Origin: Malacoraja senta
Taxonomy: Eukaryota
Direction of reading: 5' to 3'
Assembly (NCBI GenBank): GCA_038087875.1
Contig: CM075990.1
Location: 4,404,001 to 4,468,000, forward strand
Length of the DNA stretch: 64,000 bases
Below are positions 1 through 11,721 of this stretch, in pieces. The notes under the pieces were generated by a model. It was not told the DNA's origin, did not search any database, and saw only the letters and a program-made list of their open reading frames with translations. The position numbers were made by a program, and so were the translations under genes. Position 1 is the first letter of the stretch, and each line of letters starts with the position of its first letter.

Positions 1-599
1 CCTAGAAAAGAGCTACCCCAATTTATAAATAGATTTTATTGGACATTAATTGCATTGGGGTAGTCAGTATGACTTCTTAACCCTGCATTGCTAAAATGGA
101 GTCTAATTTACATCAGATTTTAACAAAGGGGAAATCAGTACATTGAAAATACAATTTCCATTAAATGCGATGATTCAACTTCAAAAAGAGAAAAGAACAT
201 GACAGAATATAGTCTAATGTATATTCTGTTGAGCCAGGGTAATGGGGAATTGGCAGAACCTTAATATAACCGACACATGAGCTTATGTTTGACATTTGGT
301 GTGTGGACCAATTTCAAAGTTAGTTTTAGGTGGTAGGGAGAAGGAGGGGTATAGAGAACAAAAGGAATGTCTGTAATAGGGTGGAGACCAAGAGGCTAAA
401 TGAGACAAATCATGAGAGTAGTGTTGGTTGAGAGAGGATCGTGAAGGCTTGTTTATCAAAGTTGGTCTGTATGGAGGCGACGGAGGTGGAAAGTGGTGGA
501 TCAGAACAAAGAATAGAAAACAAAACCAAGGCTAATATTGTGAATACCAAACACTGCTGTTTCTGGAAATCTGAAATAAAAGAAAAAAGATCACCTGGC

Positions 600-1010
600 T
601 GCCAATCCATCGTTCACTCTTCCAACTCCACAATCACTTCCATTTTTTTGCTCCCTACAACTGCAGAAGGTGTAATACTTGTTCTTTTTACCTTTTCTCC
701 TCGCACCATTAACAACCCAAGGAGAAGCACTACCTTCAGTTTAGTGTACTACAAACTCACAATATCATCTCTAGATTGGAAGAAAATGCATGCAGATTAG
801 GTGACTGCTTTGCAAAATACATTCATTTGGTCCACAAAGATAACGTTGAGCTTCTAGCTACATATCTGTACCATTCTCCATCTCATTCCTGTTTTGTGCT
901 CTCTCTTTGGCCTGGTACTGTTCAAGCAATTCCCAACATTAGGTCGATGAAAGCGTCTGATTTTTCAAATAGCCGCATAACCGTTTTAAGGGCTGAACAT
1001 GAAACCTTGA
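600..1010 (+). mobile_element. Highly degenerate Penelope-like fragment (GIY-YIG/3' region)
   Basis: Weak resemblance to the Penelope copy at 27085-27850 (e.g. 'agattaggtgactgctttgcaaaatac' ~ RLGDCFAKY vs RLGDRFAEH). Confidence 0.4.
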
Positions 1011-1288
1011 AGTTAGATAGAGTGGTGAAGGTTGCATGGAGGTTATGGTGCAATTCAGATCAAATTATTATGTTTAAAGGGCATTTTTGACTAACACTGA
1101 AATAGGTAAGGAATAAAAGAATTATGGTGCGAATGCGGACAAATATGATTAAAGTAGATGGGAATATAGTTTGACATGGATGTAATGTCCCAAAGGTTAT
1201 TTCGTGTCTATGCTGTACACTCCATGACTCTATTAAATTCAACGATATCAGATTAAATTGGCCAGTTTTGGTAAAAGGTCATTTTTAG

Positions 1289-1460
1289 GTTTATTATTGT
1301 CACGTGTACCGAAGTACAATGAAAAGCTTTGTTTTGCATGCTATCCACTGAGATCAGATGATACTATGCATTGATACAACCATGTTAAACTCAAGTACAA
1401 TCTGGGAAGATGCAGAGTGCAGAATATAGTTCTCAGCATTATAGCACATCAGTTCCATAT
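1289..1460 (-). mobile_element. Rex1/Babar-like LINE 3' end fragment
   Basis: 'tttattattgtcacgtgtaccgaagtacaatgaaaagc' matches the 3' terminus attached to Rex-like coding remnants at 34570-34900 and 23690-24050. Confidence 0.5.
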
Positions 1461-2482
1461 ACATAAATCTGTAACTTTAACTCTTTTTTTCTCTCTCCAC
1501 AGATGCTGCCTGACCTGCTGATTATCCCCAGCATTTACTATTTACCTTCTTGGTAAGTTATTGATATGACATGATAACAATCTACTTCCTCACTTTGCTA
1601 ATAAAGATTGAAAGCACTCATTGGCATTAAATGGTTATATTGGATTTATTACTCGTTTTATGAATAGAATTTATGGATAACTTTGGCAAACCAGTATTGT
1701 AGGCAGAGTAGCCTAGCTGATGGTGCTAGGAGCACAGATCTTCAGCACAAATGGTGGGTAATCTGGATATGGAGGGTGATTAAGAACTGTCGATACATTT
1801 CCAAGTCCGGATGTTATTCTCGGAGGGGACCCTGCAGGAGTTGATGTTTCCATGCACTTGCAGACCTTGTCTTGCTGGAAAAGGTTGAGCATTTGGGAGA
1901 TACCTGGCTACTCTGACAGCAAGTAACTGTGGGACATTTTGTGGATGCTACATCTACTGTGTGCTAGTGATGGACGGTGTTCTAGTCCTAGCTGAATTTC
2001 CTGAGAGTTGTTGTTGTTATTGCGGTCATGGAGGCACGTGGAGAGTATTCGACCGCACTCAGGATTTGATGGTGGAGATGCTCAGTGTTGCAAACTTGCA
2101 ACATCCCACAGCACTCCTGACTACATAACACTGCTCTTGGCTCTGGAAGGTGGCTCTTGCTGGTAGATTTGGATATACCAAGAGACGGTAATGGTGAAGT
2201 CTGGGATGTTGGTTGAAGGATATATTTCTGAGATTATGAGAGACCATGCTAGACTGGACTGATTACCCAATTTTGACGTATTCACAATTGATACGAAGCT
2301 CAGATTTTCTGGGTGGATAGAACAGGGTTTGCCTTCCTCTCTCTGCTAATTAAATTGATGTTTGTATTGTTTCAAATTGTAATGTTGAACAGTCCAGTGC
2401 AATTGAGTGGTTTGTTAGACGTTTCCGAGCTCAGCTTAAAATCAATCGTATTGTTTGGGCGTGGAATCACAAATAAGCCAGG

Positions 2483-3070
2483 CATAGAAACATAGAAAAT
2501 AGGAGCAGGAGTAGGCCATTCGGCCCTTCAAGGCAGCACCGCCATTCAATATGATCATGGCTGATCATCCTAAATCAGTACCCTGTTCCTGCTTTCGCCC
2601 CATATCCCTTGATTCCATTAGCCCTAAGAGCTAAATCTAACCCTCTATGGAAAACATCCAGTGAATTGGCCTCCACTGCTTTCTGTGGCAGAGAATTCCA
2701 CAGATTCACAACTCTCTGCGTGAAAAAGTTTTTCCTACTTCTTAGTGCTAAATGGCCTATCCCTTATTCTTACACTGACCCCTGGTTCTGGACTCCCCCA
2801 ACATCGGGAACATTTTTCCTGCATCTAGCCTGTTCAATCCCCTAAGAGTTTTATATGTTTCTATAAGATTTACTCTTCATCCTTCTAAATTCCAGTGAAT
2901 ATAAGCCAAGTCGATCTATTCTTTCATGCTGGGAATTAACCTGGTGAACCTACGCTGTAATCCCTCAATAGCTAGAATGTCCCTCCTCAAATTAGTAGAC
3001 CAAAACTGCACACAATACATCCAGGTGCTGTCTCACCAGGGCCCTGTACAACTGCAGTAGGACCTCCTTG
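2483..3070 (-). mobile_element. CR1-clade LINE (HER1-like), 5'-truncated 3' fragment
   Basis: Minus strand has degenerate CR1 RT C-terminus (RVVNLWNSLP motif), 3' UTR 'gaagggccgaatggcctactcctgctcc' and (TTTCTATG)n tail; similar to 12533-13143 and 49236-49872. Confidence 0.9.
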
Positions 3071-3519
3071 CCCCTTTACTCACTCGCCTGATCATAAGAC
3101 CGGACTTCCTGACAGACATTGGTGACTCCGATTAGTTTTTTAGGGTAATTGAGAATTTTAGAGACTATTTTTTTTATTCCAGATTTATTTAATCCACTGA
3201 ATTTTCACCCAAATGCCATAATGAGATTTAAACTTTTGACATATTTATTAGTCCAAATGTCTGGATTTCCAGTTTATTGTTGTAATCACTTCACACTGTA
3301 ATTGTGTTTGGAATATTGAATACACAAGTCAACGTTTGTTTCTCTTTAATATAGGAGCACCAGTACCTAATTTGAGGTTAATATAGTGGGTAATATAGTG
3401 GGTTAATTTAGTGGGTAACTAGACTAAGTGGGACCCGTTGGGTCCCAGCTTCACACGGGAGGGCTGGTCCCCCAACGTAATATTCCACATCTCCACCAAT
3501 TCCAATATACTCACAGACA

Positions 3520-3746
3520 CGCTCACGCGCACGCTCTCGCACACTCTCCCTCGCGCACTCTCCCTCGCGCACTCTCCCTCGCGCACCCTCCCTCGCGCAC
3601 CCTCCCTCGCGCACTCTCCCTCGCGCACTCTCCCTCTCGCACTCTCTCTCTCGCGCTCTCTCTCTCTCTCGCGCTCTCTCTCGCGCATCTCTCGCACTCT
3701 CTCTCTCTCTCGCACTCTTTCTCTCTCTCTCTCGCGCATCCTCTCC
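3520..3746. repeat. Compound (CT)n/(CGCGCACTCTCCCT)n microsatellite inside the Helitron
   Basis: Directly visible; produces the spurious RE/SL-rich ORFs at 3408-3928. Confidence 0.95.
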
Positions 3747-3873
3747 ACTGTGGGGCTTCCGCAGTCAGCTGCACTTCCGTAATCAGCGCGACCTCTGCAC
3801 TCACTGGAAATTTTGCCATCAGCGCGACCTGTCCACTAAGCGGAAGTCACGAAATGAGCGGGACTTTTGGACT

Positions 3874-4043
3874 AAACACAGTCGCACCTAATAAAGCATT
3901 TATTCCTTCCAAACACAGTCGGACCTAATAAAGCATTTATTCCTTCCAAACACAGTTGGACCTAATAAAGCATTTATTCCTTCCAAACACAGTCGGACCT
4001 AATAAAGCATTTATTCCCTCCAAACACAGTCGGACCTAATAAA
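3874..4043. repeat. 37-bp minisatellite, ~4.6 copies
   Basis: Unit aaacacagtcggacctaataaagcatttattccttcc starts at 3874, 3911, 3948, 3985 and 4022 with no spacers. Confidence 0.95.
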
Positions 4044-4255
4044 GTATTGCAGTTTCAAGCACAGGCAGGGCAGCAGGCCAAACAACTCATGGTATTGTCA
4101 TTTCATTTCATTTCCAATTAAGCATTGCACTTTCAAGCATAGGCAGGGCAGCAGGCTAAACAACTCATGGCATTTTCATTTCATTTCCAATTAAGCATTG
4201 CGCTTTCAAGCACAGGCAGGGCAACAGGCCAAACAACTCATGACATTGTCATTAA
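4044..4255. repeat. ~73-78-bp tandem repeat, ~3 copies
   Basis: Unit gcattgcactttcaagcacaggcagggcagcaggccaaacaactcatggcatt... starts at ~4044, 4122 and 4195. Confidence 0.9.
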
Positions 4256-4353
4256 GGGCTAACATTTATTGCAAGTACATTGCAGACTCACAGTTCAGTT
4301 GATTCACAGCTTAGAATGACAGTCGTGTCCTCTCCCTCGTGATCTTGCAGAGT

Positions 4354-4460
4354 GACTGACTCACGTCCAGGCATCCGGGGTTTTATAGTCCTGCCCCCGC
4401 CCCCCCGGAAGGGGCGTTACCTTCATCGCAGTGATTGACAGGCGAAAGGACCAATCAGCT
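4354..4460 (-). promoter_or_regulatory. Pol II core-promoter-like module inside the Helitron
   Basis: Minus-strand order: ATTGG (CCAAT box, ~4451-4455), GC box (GGGGCGGGGGC, ~4393-4403), TATAAAA (4387-4381) and Inr-like TCAGTC with its A at 4357, 30 nt from the TATA T; overlapping TGAGTCA (AP-1). Confidence 0.5.
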
Positions 4461-5116
4461 GATCTCAAGGATTTTTAAACACCCATAACTTTTTTATTTT
4501 TCATCGATGGGAAAAATCCTTGGGGTTTGCTCAGCGGAGGAGAACTGTGCGTAAGACGGACAAAAATCATAGCGATACAGGATAGCGTTTTTTCTAAAAT
4601 TAATATACAGTGCAGACAGGAAATGGTCAAGATGAGACTTTAAATTATGTAGATATAAATTTGTTTCCAGGCTGAGCTATTCATTGGGCAATTCTTGCTC
4701 ACAGGGAGTAGTCAGAGAGGAGTTTCTTTTGGCATCTGCTATTTTTTCTCCTCTGCTTAATTCCAAAACTTCCGTCTCACCTGCCTTAGCAATTGTCTGC
4801 AAAACAATGTGGCACTACATTTATACCCATCTGAAAATTGCAGAGATGTATATAAAATGAAGTATGATCAAGAAAATTTAACGCAAAAGATGAGCATGAA
4901 GGAACAGTTAATAAGCAAAAGAAGCAGGAGAATGACATTGCTTAATTTAAAATATTTTCCATAGAATGGTAATGCATATCTACAAAGAAACCCCCTTTTT
5001 TATGCAACTTCCTATTCAACAACCTGATATAATAAAGAACAGCAGTAATGGAAATCAACACCATTGCATTAGATGTGGTTAGGTAAAATAAATGCAACAT
5101 TAAAATAGGAATGTTA

Positions 5117-5413
5117 AGCCCCTGTCCCACTTTCCCGAGTTACTCACGAATTCTCCCGAGTTTTCCCCTTGATTCAAACTCGGAGATGCCAGCCGTAGGT
5201 ACTCGGGGTTATTTTTTTTACTCATGGACATTTTTCAACATGCTGGAAAAATGTCCCGACTTACCCGATGCCACAATTACCTACAGCTGGCATTACGAGC
5301 TGCTACGAAATATCTACGGACTCCCTACGGACTCGCTACGGACATTCTCCGAGTGAATCAAGGGGAAAACTCGGGAGAATTCGTGAGTAACTCGGGAAAG
5401 TGGAACAGGGACT
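5117..5413. mobile_element. PIF/Harbinger-type MITE
   Basis: ~70-bp TIRs (AGCCCCTGTCCCACTTTCCCGAGTTACTCACGAATTCTCCCGAG... / ...CTCGGGAGAATTCGTGAGTAACTCGGGAAAGTGGAACAGGGACT); TTA on both sides (5114-5116, 5414-5416). Confidence 0.85.
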
Positions 5414-7388
5414 TTACTGTTGATGTGGAGTCATTGAAAAGAGTCAAATGTCAAGAATGATCATTTGACATATGTACTGAAAGGAAACAATGAAATTCTT
5501 TCTTGCAGCAGCGCATCTGGTTTGTGGACGCTGTACTCTGTAGATAACATAATAAACAAATAGAAAAGTTCAATAAATAAAGAGCCTAATATAGTGCAAA
5601 ACAAAGCCCAAAGATATTTCCCCTCCACTTAAATCATGCTTACATTGTTCTTTTGTTTTTCTGATTGTAGAGAATAATGGATCAATGGATTGCTCGGTGT
5701 GTTATGATGTAGAACTGTTTCTCCCCACTATTGCTGGTTGGAAAACGGTTTTATTTAATTAGCCACTATTTCTTCTTAAAGATAACTTAATAGTACAACC
5801 TGAAGAAATGTAGTATTATTTGATGCAGTATTGACCAGGAAACTCAATCTGCTTTTGTCAATCAGCAACAATGCTAGCTATTTAATTGAGTCATTGGGGT
5901 TGAATCAAACTTCGCATTTTAGCCATTAATGATGAGTCATTAAAGATGAAATGGGCTTAAAAGATTGTAGTTTCAAGTAAAAATAATCTTGAATCCATTT
6001 TATATTTCGCAGATAATTGTCAAAGCAAAGGCTGTTTATGCCCCTGAAACTGTCAAACCCAGTTACACGTCTCCTCCAACAACACTCTTCCATCAACTCT
6101 TACACGGTCATGTTATCCCCATAAGTCCTATCTCCACCCCACACTCTGGAGTTACCACCTCGGGTGTTTGCTTCTCCCTATCTCCATGAAACATTTTTTG
6201 ATCAAATTCTTGCCGCCCTCTCAGGATGTTCATTTTTATTTTATAACACATTTGGTGCTTTCTTTCACATTGAAGTCCCATGTAAATGGAATTTTATTGA
6301 TATGGATTTGGGGGAGGGGGGGAAACAGCTGAGAAATCTCTGATTCCTCTGGGAGTGAACAGGTTTAATATTATTGCCAAATAGAGGGAGAATCTGGTTG
6401 AATACATATTCTGAAAGAGATTATTGTTCTTGCACTCATGCTACCAAATTTACAAATTCTATAATCTAATAAAAATTGTTGATATATTGCCGCAGATAAA
6501 AGAATAATTTCCACTTTAATAACTCCTGTATTGCACTGGGTTATTTGTGAGGATTCAACCTTAACTTCATGAGATAATTTAAACTGCTTACATTTGTTCG
6601 ATGCTAATCACTGTAGATACTAATTGTAGTTTACTCCAACTGCTCATTTACTTTGCAATTAAATCTAGTGTTTCATAAAATACACCTAATGTATACTTAA
6701 TATAGATTGTTTTATTAATTTATTCTTTAAATTACAAAGTACTTTAAGAGCACTCGCATCTAACCGGCACAGGGCACGCATCTCCAGAGACTACTTTGTT
6801 GTTCTCAGACAATGCTAAAAAAATGGAGCAGTAAATAGTACAAGCTTTTAAGTGATGACTAATGGTGATGTAAGACAGGATTGCACGGACCATTTGAGGT
6901 GCAGTAGAGAATGGACTGGTGACTGAGAGTCTGGGCGGAGGAAAGCATCAGCCTCTGCAGAGTTGAATTAGAGACGCTTGAGAATGGCAGTATGTTGAAC
7001 TAAAATGCATTAGTTTTCAAAAAGTAATCTTTGTACTTTCTGGTCAGCATGTAGGTGTGTGCATGTAATTACTGCTGACCAGAAAGCAAGGGAAGACTAT
7101 GAAGGGTGGATTGATCAGTTTTATTTTCCTCCTGCATGGCTTCTTGGCAGTGAAAGGTACAGCTTGAAAGAGTGACAAATTTGGTTAATGGAAATCTGTT
7201 AAACTTGTACATTCTCCCGAAGATAAGCTGTAAATACTCTTGTTATCTATGATGCAACCAGTGCTTTTTTAAGATGTTATGCATTGGAAGCATGCAAGTA
7301 AAACATCAAATGTTATTTTGCACCATAGCTCAAAATAATTTATGAATCTGCTCTGAATCAGAAGGTGCACTATCTAATTCCAGCATAT

Positions 7389-7540
7389 TCCAAAGACGTT
7401 CAAGTTTTTAGGTTAAATGGCTTCAGTAAGAATTGTAAATTGTCCCTAGTGTGTAGGATAGTGTTGGTGCACGTGATGATCGCTGGTCAGCGCGAACTCA
7501 GTGGGCCGAAGGACCTGTTTCCGTGCTGCATGTCTAAATT
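7389..7540 (+). mobile_element. HE1-like V-SINE, 3' part
   Basis: 'ttccaaagacg...aaattgtccctagtgtgtagg...gggccgaaggacctgtttccgtgctg' matches the 3' half of 41791-42108. Confidence 0.75.
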
Positions 7541-7889
7541 AATTATTGCAAAAGTTGATAAAAATCAAATTATCTTATCCCTGGTATTCAACTAATGTCA
7601 GCCATCAAAAATAAAAAAAGCCTTCCTCAGGCAATTTTTGAAGAATGTAATTAGTTTGTAGGCTGCTCAGTTGGCAGACTCTTGTAAACACGGTGGTATT
7701 AAAGGACATCTTGTGCGCATCTTTCAGTCAAGAAAAATAGCAAATGTTGTGCTGCAGCTTGAGATATGCAAATTTCTAACAGTACAATCTTAGGTTTTGT
7801 AGGACATCCATGGACCTTGAAGATGTGTGCATTTCTCTTTTAGCGCAGTTTTTGAAAATAACAATCATAAGGGGATTTCAGAGGGTGTC

Positions 7890-8180
7890 CCTCCCTCACC
7901 CAAGTTGTATTAGTTTCAGTCGTCTTGTTGAGTCTCATTGTCTGTAACTCGTTTTCACCTAGCCCACAGCTAACAATGGTCTGTTTCCTTTATCCTTTAT
8001 TTACTTTTTTTGCATATCTTTCATTCATTTGTTCTGTATCTCTGTATATCACCGTCTATATCTCTAGTTTCCCTTTCCCCTGACTCTCTGAAGAGGGGTC
8101 TCGACCCGAAACGTCACCTATTACTTTTCCATTGAGATGCTGTCTGACAAGCTGAGTTACTCCAGCTTTTTGTGTCTATC
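7890..8180 (+). mobile_element. Penelope-like 3' terminal fragment with hammerhead core
   Basis: Similar to 45010-45360 and 27850-28170; contains CTGAAGAGGGGTCTCGACCCGAAACGTC at 8088-8115. Confidence 0.8.
8088..8115 (+). ncRNA. Minimal type I hammerhead ribozyme core (Penelope-associated)
   Basis: CUGAAGA, stem II GGGU-CUCG-ACCC, then GAAACGUC; conserved CUGANGA/GAAA/UH boxes present. Confidence 0.65.
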
Positions 8181-8302
8181 ATTAGGGTTTATTTTTGCTC
8201 TCACTGTCCCTTTCCAGTAAAGCATCTTATTGTTCATTTGGATGACCTCGCACCATCTGAAGCTGCCCACCATGATCTTCCTGGCTTTCAATTTTGGCAA
8301 AA

Positions 8303-8398
8303 AGATAGACACAAAATGCTGGAGTAACTCAGCGGGGCAGGCAGCAACTCTGGAGAGAAGGAATGGCTGATGTTTCAGGTCGAGACCTTTCTTCAGAC
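8303..8398 (-). mobile_element. Short Penelope-derived hammerhead unit
   Basis: Reverse complement of ctgaagaa..gtctcgacc.gaaac..cattccttctctccagag..ctgagttactccagcattttgtgtctatc; flanked by aattttggca / atttttgca (possible TSD). Confidence 0.8.
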
Positions 8399-9186
8399 TA
8401 ATTTTTGCATCTCCTTGTTGTTTTAGGTTCTATATATTCATTGATAAGTTAACCCTATTGAGTCTTGCATGTCCTTTGCAATAAAATGAAATATGTAGTT
8501 GATAGAATCGGATGTCAACTTTTAAGGTAGTGATAAATGGTAAGCACATTTTCAAATTAAGTATGGGAATCAGAGGGGAAAGTTAACTCCATCACGAAGC
8601 CCCACAAACGTAATGATGTGTGGGGCCCGGGAAAGTCTAACTTCCAATATTAAGTGCATGTTCCTGGACAATTCCAAGTCAGTCACCCATAACTAACACG
8701 TACTTTGGATAAAGCAATAAATCTGTATTCCATCTGCTCTCCCAGACAGAAGAATTTAATGGCGCTATTATGAAGAAATATCGGGGATATATCCGCCAGA
8801 GTCCAGGCAAAGGGTATCCCTAATCAACAACGTAGAAAAGAGGTGATGTTTTTAATCATCATCCTACTCATGGGAGCTTGCTATGTGCATACATTCCTAT
8901 ATTCGTTTCTCTATAACAACATTTCAAATTGTATGTAATTTGCTCTACAGTTCTTTAAAGTGCCCTAAAATTGTCAAGAATAATTTACTTCCAAAGTTGG
9001 AAAGTTGGCATTTTGGGAAGTTGGATAAGGGAGATATTTTTTCAAAAATGATTAAGCTATAGATAAATAAGGTACAAACATCTACTGCAAGAGCACTTTA
9101 GACCCCCAGTGATGAGTATCCCAGCATGGCTCGTATTGTAAATAAACATGATGGGAAGAGTCCATTGTAAAAATGTTATAAATTGT

Positions 9187-9317
9187 CTGAAGAAGGGTCT
9201 CGACCTGAAAAGTCACCCATTCCTTCGTTCCAGAGATGCTGCCTGTCCCGCTGAGTTACTCCAGCATTTTGTGTCCATCTTTGGTTTAAACCAGCATCTG
9301 CAGTTCCTTCCCACACA
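9187..9317 (+). mobile_element. Short Penelope-derived hammerhead unit
   Basis: Starts at CTGAAGAAGGGTCTCGACC and ends at gcatctgcagttccttcccacaca. Confidence 0.85.
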
Positions 9318-9517
9318 TAATGCATATATCTGTCTTAAGCTTTAAAAAGAAAGTCTGATACTTTCCATAAAATGTACCCTTGTCTGACTTTGTTTCCCAT
9401 TCTCTACTGAGTTGACTGACTTAGGGCACTTCCTCTCATTCTCATTAAGTCATTTGGGAAATGTCAAAATATATTCATGTTTCCCATCATCCTGCTTCTG
9501 ATTATCAGATTACCACC

Positions 9518-10441
9518 GTTTGTCATATATATCAATGATCTGGATGATGGTGTGGTAAATTGGATTAGTAAGTATGCAGATGATATTAAGATAGGTGGTG
9601 TTGTGGATAATAAAGTAGATTTTCAAAGTCTACAGAGAGATTTAGGCCATTTGGAAGAGTGGGCTGAAAGATGGCAGATGGAGTTTAATGCTGATAAGTG
9701 TGAGGTGCTACATCTTGGCAGGACAAATCAAAATAGGACGTACATGGTAAATGCTAGCGAATTGAGGAATGCAGTTGAACAGAGGGATCTGGGAATAACT
9801 GTGCATAGTTCCCTGAATCAGAGCATTGAGTATAGAAGTTGGGATGTAATGTTAAAATTGTACAAGGCATTGGTGAGGCTAATTCTGGAATATGGTATAC
9901 AATTCTGGTCGCCAAATTATAGGAAAGATGTCAACAAAATAGAGAGAGTACAGAGGAGATTTACTAGAATGTTGCCTGGGTTTCAGCACCTAAGTTACAG
10001 AGAAAGGTTGAACAAGATAGGTCTTTATTCTTTGGAGCGCAGAAGGTTAGGGGGGGGACTTGATAGAGGTCTTTAAAATTATGAGAGGGATAGACAGAGT
10101 TGATGTGGATAAGCTTTTTCCATTGAGAGTAGGGAACATTCAAACAAGAGAACATGATTTGAGAATTAAGGGACAAAGGTTTAGGGGCAACTTGTGGGGG
10201 AACTTCTTTACTCAGAGAGTGGTAGCTGTGTGGAATGAGCTTCCAGAGGAAGTGGTGAAGGCAGGTTCGTTTTTATCATTTAAAAATAAATTGGATAGGT
10301 ATATGGACGGGAAAGGAAGGGAGGGTTATGGTCTGAGTGCAGGTAGATGGGACTAGGTGAGAGTAAGGGGTTCGGCACGGACTAGAAGGGCCGAGATGGC
10401 CTGTTTCCATGCTGTAATTGTTATATGGTTATATGGTTATA
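9518..10441 (+). mobile_element. CR1-clade LINE 3' fragment (family with (TTATATGG)n tail)
   Basis: RT motifs FVIYINDLD, KYADD, WAERWQMEFNADKCEV and ERVQRRFTRM; frameshift near 10050; internal deletion relative to the 26368/42347 copies; tail gttatatggttatatggttat. Confidence 0.95.
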
Positions 10442-10764
10442 TTATTAAGGTGAGGTTTTTGACAGTGGGCACAGGTAAGTGCTAGTGCCAGCCTGGTATT
10501 AAAATGAATCGTAAACAATTACTTTTATCTCAGTTATCTAACTTTCTTTGAAACATTTTCTCAACTTGGCTTCAATGGCCACTCACAGTAATACATTCCT
10601 TGTTCTGATAATAAGAGGAATGTGTTACTATGTTTATTTAGTATATTATGTGTACATTAATTCTTCTCATCCTTGATTTTTTGCTGATCTTAAATTAGAG
10701 GCAACCATTTGCAATTTTGTTGCATAATATTTGTATGGATTTTTGTTTTAACTGGCATGCATGC

Positions 10765-10934
10765 AGACACACGCAGACGCACACGCGCACAGACACGCAC
10801 ACACAAGCAGATGCGCACACGCGTGCGTACATGCACAGACACGCACACACAGACACGCGAGCGCGCACACACAGACACACAGACACGCACACGCGCGCGC
10901 ACGCACACAGACAGACACACACACACACACGCAG

Positions 10935-10977
<43 letters not shown>
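10765..10977. repeat. (CA)n/(CG)-interrupted microsatellite
   Basis: Directly visible; source of the HT/CV-rich ORFs. Confidence 0.97.
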
Positions 10978-10978
<1 letters not shown>

Positions 10979-11721
10979 CCTTTTACACAGTCATAACTTT
11001 GTTTCTGTTTTCGCTAACTATAGAAAGCCAAGAATTCAACTTTTCTGTCAAAGGCCTTTCTTAGCTGCAGCTTTGCTTGTCATGTTCTCGGGTGACTATA
11101 TTCCTTTATTCTGCTCTTAATGATAGATTTCATTCTACTTTTACCCAAAAATGTACTCATTTACAAACAACTACATTCAGTTCGCTTTGCCTTTTCTACA
11201 GATATTTGTGTGCTCACCCAATCAACTTGCTATTTCGTCTTGACTCCCTGAATTTGGGAATTGTTGGACTATATTCACATTCCCCATTACTTCGCCGATA
11301 TTCTTAGCTTTCTTCATCAGTCGACATCATTAATTTTAGTCATCATCTAATTAGTTTTTAAAAAGACCGTTCATTGTTGGCCTCTGGCTTAAGCTATCGT
11401 TCTATTTAAACCGTTAATGTCTTCCTATTACTGATGCAGTTTGGGGGAATAAAAATTAAATTTTGTTTTAAAATTTATTAAAACAAAATGTTTGAGTATA
11501 AAAGCAGGAATAATAATATGCTTGACAAACATAACTTGTTTGCATCTTGTGTATTCAATGATAAGTTAACCCTTTTGAGTCTTGCACGTTTACATGAAAT
11601 ATGTAGTTGATAGAATCAGATAACAACTTTTAAATCCACTACACATTAGTCTACAATTAATCTACATCCTATTTCCAGCTCTTGCACAATAAACATCTAC
11701 TGATCTTGAAATTGGCAGGTT

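Larger units (their letters stand above)
3419..4653 (-). mobile_element. Non-autonomous Helitron
   Basis: Minus strand starts A|TCTACATAATTTAAAG (4653) and ends with hairpin TGGGACCC-AAC-GGGTCCCA (3429-3447) then CTTAGT-CTAG|T (3419). These are the canonical 5'-TC, 3'-CTRR, subterminal hairpin and A^T insertion site, with no TSD. Confidence 0.85.

Noticed and set aside
3408..3928. Overlapping RE/SL-rich ORFs
   Set aside because: Translation of a CT/CG microsatellite.
3874..4043. 37-bp repeats with an internal palindrome that resemble a CRISPR array
   Set aside because: Units are contiguous with no unique spacers, there are no cas genes, and the context is vertebrate and inside a Helitron.
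10690..11120. HT/CV-rich ORFs
   Set aside because: Translation of a (CA)n microsatellite.
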